A stretch of DNA of 64,000 nucleotides from an uncultured Bacteroidota bacterium (lineage in GTDB: Bacteria; Bacteroidota; Bacteroidia; Chitinophagales; Chitinophagaceae), in contig CAIVKC010000059.1 in assembly GCA_903906365.1 (NCBI GenBank), positions 5,430-69,429 of the forward strand, in the 5' to 3' direction. Shown one piece after another: positions 19,642 to 28,204 of the stretch. The first letter of the stretch is position 1. Every line of letters starts with the position of its first letter. Below the pieces are notes generated by a model. The model had not been told where the DNA came from and did no database searches. It was given only the letters and a program-made list of their open reading frames with translations. A program made the translations under genes and the position numbers.

Positions 19642-21534
19642 TCACTGCACCGGAGAGGGGGATACCCATTTGTCATTGCCCGGGTCAGCATCCATGAAAA
19701 TGCCCCCGGAGAGCCTGGCTTCCTTTATTTTTTTTGTCAGCGGCAGGGTGATCACGGCCTGCTGCTGGTTTTTGGCCCAGATGGCAGGGGTTTGGTGAAA
19801 AGTCTGGCTGCTGCCGTCTAGGAAGGTAAGCACAATATCCACCGGGGCTGCCATACCGCCTTTGTTTTGGATGGTTATCCGGCAGCCTGTAGGGGTCTTT
19901 TCCAAATGGCTGAGGGCCAGGTCAATATAATGGTTGGAGAAGTACCAGTTGTTCCAGAACCAGTTCAGGTTGGCGCCGCTTACCTCATTAAAGGTGTTGA
20001 AGAAATCCCAGGGGATGGGGTGTTTGCCATGCCAGCGTTCCATAAAGGCATGGAGACATTTTTTGAACAGCTGATCCCCCAGCAGGTCCTTGACTGCCAG
20101 GTAGCCCAGGGAGGCTTTACCGTATTCATTGTTGCCCAGGCCTGCTCCGGACAGGATATTTCCCGGGGTAATGATGGGCAGGTCCTGCTCGGCGGAGGGG
20201 TCACTTATCCAGTCTTCCACCCGAAACCTTCGGTAGAAATCATCGGCCCGTTGCCTGCCCAGGTTGCTGCGGCTGATGAGCAGTTCAAAAGTAGTGGCCC
20301 ATCCCTCATCCATAAATCCATAACGGGTCTCGTTGATGCCCATGTAAAAGGGGAACCAGCTGTGGGCCAGTTCATGTTCTGCCACAAAGCGGGAAAAATC
20401 CAGGTTGGCATTGGAGCCGTCGTTCACCATCATCGGGTATTCCATATCTGCGAAGCCCTGCACCAGGGTGGTCTTGGGAAAGGGATAGGGGACGCCGGGC
20501 CAGTTGCCTGAAAACCATTGTAGGGCTCTGCGTCCATATTCCACCATATGGTGGAAGTCCTGCGCCTGGTCCAGGAAAGCCGCCTGTACCGAGGCCCGCC
20601 GCCCGGAGCTTTCATCGACCACCACGCTGGAGGCGTCCCATTCATAATGGTCGCTGATGGCGCAGGCCATATCGGTGATATCCCCGGCCGTCCAGCGCCA
20701 GGTATTGGTGTCCCGCTGGGCGGTTACCCGCCCCGCGCGCATATCCCCGCTGCGGGCAATAGGAAGGACCGAATCGCTGGTAAAGGACTCCTTCAGCTGG
20801 GCCGCATAAGGGGCCTGCAGGACGGCATCCGCATTGGCGAGCGTACCGGTGGACCATACCACAAAGTTCCTGGGCACGCGCACCTGAAGGGTGTAATCGT
20901 TGAAATCGTTGTAGAATTCCTGCAGGTCGGTAAAATCCATCCGGTCCCATCCGTCCAGGTCATCCATCACGGCCACCCGCGGATAGAAATAGGCCAGGAA
21001 AAAGGTGGTGGAGTCGATCATGCCCTCCCTGCCGCTTTTCAGTGAAATCTGGTAATGCCAGTCAAAAGTCAGTTGTAAGGAGTCATGGGGAAGCAGGGGG
21101 GTGGGCAGTTGGAAACGCTGCCAGCTGAGGTGGTAGGAAGGCTCTGTCCAGGCTATCTTTTGTCCATTGGCCACCACCCTGTCAATATGGATTCCGGAAG
21201 TCAGGTAGTCGGGATCCGCATCCCCCAGCCGGGTGGCACCAGGCCGGTGAATATTGAGGGTCAGCCGGATCACGGGGGCTGTGATGGTATCGGGGCTGTT
21301 GTTAAAATAGGTAATCCGTTCGGTTCCCGTGATATTCCGGTTGGGGGGCATGACGGTGACCGTGATATCATAACGACCGGTATTTTGCCAGTAATTTTTG
21401 CCAGGTCTGCCGTCGGGGGAACGGGTTGCTTTCAGGTAGGCCTGCCCTATATTTCTGGGCAGGTACAGGTTTTGAGCATCTACCTGGCAGATCAGGCAGG
21501 GGAGCATGCAAACAACAAAGGCAAGACGTTTCAT
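19642..21534 (-). CDS. M1-family zinc metallopeptidase, secreted
   Basis: HELAHSWF (HExxH) followed by FMDEGWATTFE (third zinc ligand Glu). Signal peptide present. Confidence 0.9.
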   Translation of the reverse strand: MKRLAFVVCMLPCLICQVDAQNLYLPRNIGQAYLKATRSPDGRPGKNYWQNTGRYDITVTVMPPNRNITGTERITYFNNSPDTITAPVIRLTLNIHRPGATRLGDADPDYLTSGIHIDRVVANGQKIAWTEPSYHLSWQRFQLPTPLLPHDSLQLTFDWHYQISLKSGREGMIDSTTFFLAYFYPRVAVMDDLDGWDRMDFTDLQEFYNDFNDYTLQVRVPRNFVVWSTGTLANADAVLQAPYAAQLKESFTSDSVLPIARSGDMRAGRVTAQRDTNTWRWTAGDITDMACAISDHYEWDASSVVVDESSGRRASVQAAFLDQAQDFHHMVEYGRRALQWFSGNWPGVPYPFPKTTLVQGFADMEYPMMVNDGSNANLDFSRFVAEHELAHSWFPFYMGINETRYGFMDEGWATTFELLISRSNLGRQRADDFYRRFRVEDWISDPSAEQDLPIITPGNILSGAGLGNNEYGKASLGYLAVKDLLGDQLFKKCLHAFMERWHGKHPIPWDFFNTFNEVSGANLNWFWNNWYFSNHYIDLALSHLEKTPTGCRITIQNKGGMAAPVDIVLTFLDGSSQTFHQTPAIWAKNQQQAVITLPLTKKIKEARLSGGIFMDADPGNDKWVSPSPVQ

Positions 21535-21711
21535 AGATACATAATTTTAATACGAATGAGGTTTGTAAAAGCCAAATTTCCACAATATTACCATACGATG
21601 CTTTCCTGCCGGCCAGGAATTGGATGAACGGATATAGGGTCTCCCCCCATAGAAAAAATAAAATAGCATGTAAACGGGAAACTGCCTACATTAGTAACAA
21701 TCAGAAAAACC

Positions 21712-22488
21712 ATGGATATCATCAAAGACCTGAGGCTGGCCGTACTCATCGATGCCGACAATGTGCCCTACCATAACATAAAAGGCATGCTGGAGGAAAT
21801 CGCCAAATACGGGACGCCCACCTTCAAGCGAATCTATGCGGACTGGACCAAACCTACTGTTTCCGGGTGGAAGGCTGTCCTGCTGGAAAATGCCATCACC
21901 CCCGTACACCAGTACAGTTATACCAGCGGAAAAAATGCGACCGATTCCTCCATGATCATTGATGCCATGGATATCCTCTATACCGGAAGGGTGGATGGCT
22001 TTTGCATTGTTTCCTCCGACAGTGATTTTACCAGGCTGGCCACCCGCTTGCGGGAGGCCGGCATGAAAGTCTTTGGGCTGGGGGAAAGAAAGACCCCCAC
22101 CGCTTTTATTTCCGCCTGCGACAAATTCATCTATATAGAAATTCTAAAGGAAGAAAAGCCTGCTGCCAAGCCGGCCTCCGTTTCCCCGGTCAAACCCCGG
22201 TCTCCCGGCCCCCGCAAGGAGGCTGCCAAACCGGAGGCCATACGCAAGGCCGACAAGGAACTGGTCGAACTCCTTACAGACAGCATCAATGACCTGGCCG
22301 ATGAAGATGGATGGACCTTTCTGGGCGAACTGGGCAACCTGCTGCTGAAAAAAAAGCCCGATTTTGACCCCAGGAATTACGGATTTAAAAAGCTCGTACC
22401 CCTCATTAAGAGTATCCACCTGTTTGAAATCGACGAAAGAAATACGGGCAGGAATAATGCCACCCTGGCCTATGTGCGGGTAAAATGA
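21712..22488 (+). CDS. NYN-domain (LabA-like) protein with a C-terminal OST-HTH/LOTUS domain
   Basis: LAVLIDADNVP and IVSSDSDFTRLATRLREAGMKVFGLG are NYN/PIN-like acidic motifs. A Lys/Pro-rich linker follows, then DGWTFLGELGNLLLKKKPDFDPRNYGFKKL (LOTUS-like). Confidence 0.85.
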   Translation: MDIIKDLRLAVLIDADNVPYHNIKGMLEEIAKYGTPTFKRIYADWTKPTVSGWKAVLLENAITPVHQYSYTSGKNATDSSMIIDAMDILYTGRVDGFCIVSSDSDFTRLATRLREAGMKVFGLGERKTPTAFISACDKFIYIEILKEEKPAAKPASVSPVKPRSPGPRKEAAKPEAIRKADKELVELLTDSINDLADEDGWTFLGELGNLLLKKKPDFDPRNYGFKKLVPLIKSIHLFEIDERNTGRNNATLAYVRVK

Positions 22489-22560
22489 ACACAGACCCCT
22501 GTGGCCGGCATTGGCTGGCGGACAGGGGTATCACGTTGAACCTTGACCTAACCACTCTAT

Positions 22561-23760
22561 ATGAACCTGACTCTGCCAAAACGCCTTGCCTCCATCGATG
22601 TATTCCGGGCCCTCACCATGCTGCTGATGATTTTTGTCAATGACCTATGGTCGCTCAAAAATATACCGGGCTGGCTGGAACATGTGTCCAAAGAGGCGGA
22701 TGGTATGGGGCTGGCCGATACGGTGTTTCCGGCTTTTTTATTCATCGTGGGACTTTCCATTCCCCTGGCCATCTCGAACCGCCAGCAAAGGGGGGGGACG
22801 GACCGGGACCTGCTTATATACATCGGTACTCGAACGCTGGCCCTGCTGGTCATGGGTTTTTTTCATGTGAATCTGGAGAATTATAACCGCTCAGAGGCCC
22901 TGCTGCCCAAACCCATCTGGCAGATAGCCATTACCGTTGGTTTCTTTTTGATCTGGCTGGATTATTCCCCGTCCATGGCCAAAGGGAAAAAGCGGATCTT
23001 TCAGGGGGCGGGAGTCCTGATGCTGGTAGTTATGGCGGCACTTTTTAAGGGCGGTGACCCGGGGCATGCCTCCTGGATGAGACCCTCCTGGTGGGGTATT
23101 CTGGGTTTGATCGGCTGGTCCTATTTGTGGGGGTCGGTCATCTGTCTATTTTCCAGGGAGCGGGTATGGGTGCTGTTGGCTGCCCTGGGGTTTTTCCTGA
23201 TGTTCAACATCGGGGTTGATATGGGCTGGCTCGATGATATCCTGGTGGTAAAAAAATACATATGGGTGGTGGGGGATGGCTCCATGCCTGCCCTGACCAT
23301 CTGCGGGGTGCTGGTAACGGTCCTGTACAGACGCCTGTTGGCGCAGGGAAAGACGGGCCTTTACTGGCTGCTGTTAACCGGGCTGGCCCTGGCCATGCTC
23401 TGCACCGGATTTATACTGAGGCCCTGCTGGGGAATCAACAAGATACGGGCTACCCCGTCCTGGGTCATGATCTGCACGGCCATCAGCATCGCCTGTTTTA
23501 TGGGACTGACCTGGCTGGTGGACCTGAAGGGTAAAAAAAACTGGTTCTCCTGGATTGCGCCCGGTGGGACCAGTACGCTGACGGCCTACCTGCTTCCCTA
23601 TATACATTATGCACTGCTCAATCTGCTGGGAAAAGCTGTCCTGCTTCCCCCGGCCCTCAGAAATGGGATGACGGGAATTGCCAAATCCCTGATCTACGCC
23701 ATGCTTATCATATTCATTACGGGCCTGATGGAAAGAAAAAGGATCAGGCTCCGCATTTAG
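22561..23760 (+). CDS. DUF5009 / heparan-alpha-glucosaminide N-acetyltransferase-like polytopic membrane protein
   Basis: The N-terminal block RLASIDVFRALTMLLMIFVND is typical of HGSNAT/DUF5009. About 11 predicted TM segments. Confidence 0.8.
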   Translation: MNLTLPKRLASIDVFRALTMLLMIFVNDLWSLKNIPGWLEHVSKEADGMGLADTVFPAFLFIVGLSIPLAISNRQQRGGTDRDLLIYIGTRTLALLVMGFFHVNLENYNRSEALLPKPIWQIAITVGFFLIWLDYSPSMAKGKKRIFQGAGVLMLVVMAALFKGGDPGHASWMRPSWWGILGLIGWSYLWGSVICLFSRERVWVLLAALGFFLMFNIGVDMGWLDDILVVKKYIWVVGDGSMPALTICGVLVTVLYRRLLAQGKTGLYWLLLTGLALAMLCTGFILRPCWGINKIRATPSWVMICTAISIACFMGLTWLVDLKGKKNWFSWIAPGGTSTLTAYLLPYIHYALLNLLGKAVLLPPALRNGMTGIAKSLIYAMLIIFITGLMERKRIRLRI

Positions 23761-24746
23761 TCTGCGGGGGAGCTCAGCGATTGGGCAGCCATCAAGGACT
23801 GTTCGGAAAGCCGCTGCCGCTCCCTGCGGTACCTGGACAGGTTGACCAAAAGCACGCTGGTCAATATAACGCCCAGTCCCCCCACCTGGAGCAGGGTCAT
23901 TTTTTCATGGGCGAGCGCAACGCCCAGCAGTACCGCCACTACCGGATTGACATAGGAATGTGTGCTGACCTGCGTGGCCGGACGGACCTGTAACAACCAT
24001 ACATACGCGCTGTATCCAGCCAGGGAGCCCAGGAAAATAAGATAGGTGAGTGCCAGCCAGGAGCCTGTCGTAACCTGGGCCATATGAAATCCCTTCCACT
24101 CGCCGCTCATCCAGCTCAAAGGCAGAAAGGAGATTCCGGCGGCAACCATTTGCCAGGAGGTGTTGACCGAATGGGAGGGACCGGAGCTGTGGTATTTACT
24201 ATACAGGGATCCGCCTGCCCAGCAGATGGATCCAACTACCAGCACCCCCAGGGCCACCATATGGATGTCTCCCCCGACGGTCCCCAGTGCCTCGGCCGCC
24301 CGCTGCCGGAACAGCATGATGACGCCGATAAAACCGATCACCAGGCCAATGACCGTTTCCCTGCTTCTGAAATTGATCCGCCAGTTTCTTTTGTCCAGCA
24401 CCACAAACCAGATGGGGGAGGCAGCTGACAACACTGCCACAAAGGAGCTCGGTAGATACTGTTCCACCCAGACCACGGCCCCGTTTCCGACCAACAGCAA
24501 CAGCAGGCCGGTGACTATGGCCGGTTTCATGTCCTTCCAGACAAAGATTCGTTCCCCCTTTAGGGCACAGTACCCCATCAGCAGGCAGCCTGCGGTGAAA
24601 AAGCGCATAAAAGCCATCAGCAGGGCCGGTATATGGGCTATGGCGAGCATGATAAAATAATAGGTGGAGCCCCAAACCAGGTAAACGATGCCAAAAGCGA
24701 TCACCACCATCAGGGAAGAAGCGGGTTTGTTTGCCGGTAGCGCCAT
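23757..24746 (-). CDS. EamA-family (DMT superfamily) transporter
   Basis: 10-TM protein with two EamA repeats. WGSTYYFI is a typical first-helix motif. Confidence 0.9.
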   Translation of the reverse strand: MALPANKPASSLMVVIAFGIVYLVWGSTYYFIMLAIAHIPALLMAFMRFFTAGCLLMGYCALKGERIFVWKDMKPAIVTGLLLLLVGNGAVVWVEQYLPSSFVAVLSAASPIWFVVLDKRNWRINFRSRETVIGLVIGFIGVIMLFRQRAAEALGTVGGDIHMVALGVLVVGSICWAGGSLYSKYHSSGPSHSVNTSWQMVAAGISFLPLSWMSGEWKGFHMAQVTTGSWLALTYLIFLGSLAGYSAYVWLLQVRPATQVSTHSYVNPVVAVLLGVALAHEKMTLLQVGGLGVILTSVLLVNLSRYRRERQRLSEQSLMAAQSLSSPAD

Positions 24747-24749
24747 GTG

Positions 24750-25217
24750 TTATTTTTGGGGGATGACTAATTTTTGTTCCTCCTTCACCGTCTCCAGTAC
24801 AATGGTGGTTCGGGTGGAAAGGATATGGGGGATGCGGCTTAACTGGTTTCTCATCAGGGCCATCAGGGAGGCAGCGTCCGTGGTGCGTACTTTCACCAGG
24901 TAACAGTCCTCACCCGCCACATGGTGCACCTCCTGTACCTCCGGTATCTCTGCCAGCTGCCGTCCGGTCTGGCTGGAGCCCAGACCATCGGCCGCCCTGA
25001 TGAATATGAAGGCCAGTAATTTCTGATCAACGGCCGCCGGAAGGATGCCCGTGGTATAGCCCGTAATGACTTTTTTCTGTTCAAGTTTCCGGACTCTTTC
25101 CAGGACAGCCGAAGGGGCCATTTCCAGGGAGCGGGCCAGCTCCACGTTGGAGATGCGTGCATTCTCCTGCATATGTTCCAGGATGAGCAGGTCGGTTTTA
25201 TCCAGGGAGAATTCCAT
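24750..25217 (-). CDS. Lrp/AsnC-family transcriptional regulator
   Basis: 155 aa. N-terminal HTH (LDKTDLLILEHMQENARISNVELARSL) plus a RAM/AsnC_trans_reg C-domain. Its stop is 3 nt upstream of the EamA start. Confidence 0.9.
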   Translation of the reverse strand: MEFSLDKTDLLILEHMQENARISNVELARSLEMAPSAVLERVRKLEQKKVITGYTTGILPAAVDQKLLAFIFIRAADGLGSSQTGRQLAEIPEVQEVHHVAGEDCYLVKVRTTDAASLMALMRNQLSRIPHILSTRTTIVLETVKEEQKLVIPQK

Positions 25218-25280
25218 TAATTTATTTTGGTAAAATTATCCAAAACAGAATAAAATTCGAAATAATTATAGGATTGAGAA

Positions 25281-25844
25281 TTAAATTCTGTCGGATGGGG
25301 GATATGCTGCTTTTTCCGCCCCTGCTGCAGGTAGTTGCTTCAGCAGACGGCTGGTTACCAGTAACTGGCCAAGGTGCCGCTGACAGTGCTCTGCGGCATG
25401 AAAGAGCAGTCCGATCACGGTGGAGGGAAGCCGCCTGCGGCCCACCGGTCTTGTTTGGGTCAGGATGTCTTCCGGGGTTATGGATAGTTGCTCCAGGAAA
25501 ATATCCACCTGCCTGCTCAAATCCCCCAGCAGATCGGAAAGCAGGATACCTTCCTGCTGGCGGCCTTCCTGGGAGAGGAAATGAAACTGCGCCGGGGAGA
25601 GGGGCTGAGCGGCCGCATAGGTCAGCATGCGATCGATTACCCCTGACATATGCTGGAGGTGAAATCCCACCGAGGCCAGTTGAGCCGGCTGCTCCCAGAG
25701 CCTGGCTTCCGGAAAGTCCCGCATCAGGCTTTCGGCTTCCTCCCTGACCTGAATCAGGGCATGTGCTGCAGGCTGCAGTACCGTTGTAATGCCGGGGATT
25801 GGCCCCCTCAGCCAGGCTTCGGAATTGGGTTGCATTGGATCCAT
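25281..25844 (-). CDS. DinB-family (DinB_2) protein
   Basis: Four-helix-bundle family with His motifs (QPAAHAL, GFHLQHM, HAAEHCQRHLGQL). Start is chosen at Met18, because the longest ORF (to 25895) would overlap the upstream gene. Confidence 0.8.
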   Translation of the reverse strand: MDPMQPNSEAWLRGPIPGITTVLQPAAHALIQVREEAESLMRDFPEARLWEQPAQLASVGFHLQHMSGVIDRMLTYAAAQPLSPAQFHFLSQEGRQQEGILLSDLLGDLSRQVDIFLEQLSITPEDILTQTRPVGRRRLPSTVIGLLFHAAEHCQRHLGQLLVTSRLLKQLPAAGAEKAAYPPSDRI

Positions 25845-25878
25845 ATGATTTTTATAAAAAGGGAATGGGAGTAGACTA

Positions 25879-26781
25879 TTAACGGTATTGTTCATACCTG
25901 TTGGCTACCAGTACCTGGCGCAGTGTCTGCATTTCCTCCTCTGAGAGCGGGGGACTGGCCTGCATGGCAGCCAGGTCTTCCAGTTGTGCAGGATGCCGGA
26001 TTCCGGCTACGGCACTGGATATGGCATCATGGGAAAGGACATAGCGCAGGGCAGTTTGGGCCGGACTCCTGTCAGGACCCGACAGCTTGGATACGGCCTC
26101 CGCCATCTTCCTGACTTCGGCCTCAGCATAATTCAGGTAGGGTCTGGCAGGCTTGTTCACCAGCAGTCCCTGGGCAATGGATCCCCTGGCGAGCACACCA
26201 ACCTGGTTTTCCTTTAGCAGGTCAAGGCAGCTCTCTTCGGGCCTGCGGTCCAGCAGGCTGTACTGCATCATCACACTCACGATGCCCGATAACCTTACGT
26301 AAGCCCTGATGACCTCCGGACGAATCGAAGAAATCCCATAAAACCGAATTTTGCCCTGCTCCTTAAGCTTTTCAAAGGCCCCGATGGTCTCCGTCATGGG
26401 GTCCTCCATGGTCCCCCCGTGGAGCTGGTACAAATCGATATAGTCCGTCTGCAGCCGCTTCAGGCTTTCCTCTGCAGACTTCAATATATATTCCCTGCCC
26501 GGATTCCAGCGCAGCCCTTTTTCACCCGGGACAAGCTGGTTGCCCACCTTGGTGGCCAAAATGACCTGGCTGCGTTTGGATTTCAGGATGGTGCCCAGCC
26601 GGGCTTCATTCATCCCGTTATCGTAGATATCAGCGGTATCAAAATAGTTGATTCCCAGTTCCAGGGCTCTTTGAACCAGTTTTTCATTGGCGGCTCCGTC
26701 ACCGCCCAGCGACATGCATCCAAAGCCTATTTCACTGACCATCAGGGAGGATTTGCCCAGGGGGCGGTATTTCATGGCCAT
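25879..26781 (-). CDS. Aldo/keto reductase
   Basis: MKYRPLGKSSLMVSEIGFGCMSLG is a typical AKR N-terminus. Also INYFDTADIYDNG and catalytic Tyr/Lys blocks. Confidence 0.92.
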   Translation of the reverse strand: MAMKYRPLGKSSLMVSEIGFGCMSLGGDGAANEKLVQRALELGINYFDTADIYDNGMNEARLGTILKSKRSQVILATKVGNQLVPGEKGLRWNPGREYILKSAEESLKRLQTDYIDLYQLHGGTMEDPMTETIGAFEKLKEQGKIRFYGISSIRPEVIRAYVRLSGIVSVMMQYSLLDRRPEESCLDLLKENQVGVLARGSIAQGLLVNKPARPYLNYAEAEVRKMAEAVSKLSGPDRSPAQTALRYVLSHDAISSAVAGIRHPAQLEDLAAMQASPPLSEEEMQTLRQVLVANRYEQYR

Positions 26782-27063
26782 ACTTTTTGTTTTAGGTTTC
26801 GGTGAATTTCCTTTACCCGCCCCTCATTTCATGAAGGCTGCATTAAAATTAATCAATAATCGGCTTACCTCAGACCGTAAATAGTTCCAGGGGAAGACCG
26901 GATTTTCGGCTGCTGGAAAAAAGATAAAGTCCTATCTTGGCATTGGTAAATGGTTTAATACAATTGCATCTGATGCCAATGATCCCAGATTGTTTGATAC
27001 CAAATGCATGAAGGGGAAAAAGGGCTAAAGACAACATGGGTCATATTGGGTTAATAATTTGAT

Positions 27064-27390
27064 ATGTCAAAAGAAAAAGGCCGGGTCGGCAGCAGCTTCT
27101 GGTTATATGTAAGGGCCGCTATGATCGTGCTTATTTTTATATACATCATTTTGCTGGCCGTATTTTACAGACAAAATGCGGCAGGAATTCCCCGTACCGG
27201 TGGTGGCAGCCTAGTGGCCCCCTGGGGCATCATTACCCTGTTTACCAGCTTTTATATATTCTATGAATATAACCGGGTTCAGCAGGCAAAACACCGACAG
27301 CGACGGGAAGACAGGCAGGATAGAAGCAGGCAATTACTGGATAACATTTACAGGGCCTCTAAAAAAAAGGAAGCGCAGGGTGAGGAATAA
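27064..27390 (+). CDS. Hypothetical small membrane protein (two TM helices plus an Arg/Gln-rich charged tail)
   Basis: 108-aa ORF in an A+T-rich islet. TM segments AAMIVLIFIYIILLAVFY and WGIITLFTSFYIFY. No family recognised. Confidence 0.5.
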   Translation: MSKEKGRVGSSFWLYVRAAMIVLIFIYIILLAVFYRQNAAGIPRTGGGSLVAPWGIITLFTSFYIFYEYNRVQQAKHRQRREDRQDRSRQLLDNIYRASKKKEAQGEE

Positions 27391-27444
27391 AAGATACTTT
27401 TCCATTGCAGCCTGGTTGACATTACAGTCAGTAGAAAAGCAAAA

Positions 27445-27771
27445 ATGATTTCAAAAATAAAGTCATTCTATTATTACATTTTTCAGCAACATAACCTGCC
27501 GGTTTGGATAGTCTATCTTAATTATGGCAGTCTGATTGGGATTATTGGCTGGCCTTTAATTGCCTTTTTGGCCATATTTTTATCCGATAGTCCAGCCAGC
27601 CATTTTACAGGCCTGAACTACTTGTTCATCATTTCTTATCCAATAGGATTGATATTAATAACATTCGTAAGCTTTAAAATATTTACATTCAATAAATTCG
27701 TTTCAGCCAGTCTGCCTGTGGCCGTGATAATCTGTTACCTCTTTATACTGTATAAGTTCTTTTTTAACTAA
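27445..27771 (+). CDS. Hypothetical small polytopic membrane protein
   Basis: 108-aa ORF with 3-4 hydrophobic segments, in the A+T-rich islet. No family recognised. Confidence 0.5.
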   Translation: MISKIKSFYYYIFQQHNLPVWIVYLNYGSLIGIIGWPLIAFLAIFLSDSPASHFTGLNYLFIISYPIGLILITFVSFKIFTFNKFVSASLPVAVIICYLFILYKFFFN

Positions 27772-27877
27772 AAAAAGGGTGAGCGTAACGATATCCACGC
27801 ATGCAGGTCCCAATTATTGGAATGAGGACAACAGTAAAGAAATCCCGGGCAAGAACGTCTAAAAAGGAAATAACGCT

Positions 27878-28063
27878 ATGATATTACTAGGCATCAGTAA
27901 TGCGCCTCCATTTAATTTGTTAGTTACTGTAATTATATTATTATTAAGTGCCGTAGGTTTTTTGGTCGTAGTTTTTAGGGTAGCGTATTTGATTTTTACA
28001 GCCATTTTTAGGTTGTTTTCACATCGGTATACAAGCATTAAGAAAGACCGGGCACTTCTTTAA
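27878..28063 (+). CDS. Possible small membrane protein (61 aa)
   Basis: Short ORF with two hydrophobic stretches. Coding status is uncertain. Confidence 0.3.
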   Translation: MILLGISNAPPFNLLVTVIILLLSAVGFLVVVFRVAYLIFTAIFRLFSHRYTSIKKDRALL

Positions 28064-28115
28064 TCCTAAGCAGTGTAACCCCTTGTCCCAACTGGCATAT
28101 GGTTGCCCCCTTCAA

Positions 28116-28137
28116 AATACTAACAGTTGTTAGTATT
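28116..28137. promoter_or_regulatory. Perfect palindrome upstream of paaE (candidate repressor operator)
   Basis: AATACTAACA-GT-TGTTAGTATT has 10-bp perfect arms. It ends 68 nt upstream of the paaE ATG and just upstream of TAACTTTA (28154-28161), a partial TAnnTTTG -7 box. Confidence 0.4.
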
Positions 28138-28204
28138 CGTTAGAAGAATTTCCTAACTTTACCCCTGCAATAACACCAAGTTACCCAGAAAAAGCTCCAA
28201 AGGC

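Noticed and set aside
23757-23760. Convergent DUF5009 and EamA genes overlap by their stop codons (TTAG), leaving no room for terminators
   Set aside because: The overlap is real in the sequence, but it is a common compact arrangement. It has no clear functional implication without transcript data.
25277-25289. A+T-rich palindrome AGAATT-A-AATTCT in the Lrp upstream region, overlapping the DinB stop codon; a possible Lrp autoregulatory site
   Set aside because: It has only 6-bp arms in a very A+T-rich spacer, so it is easily a chance occurrence. It is not supportable as an operator without comparative data.
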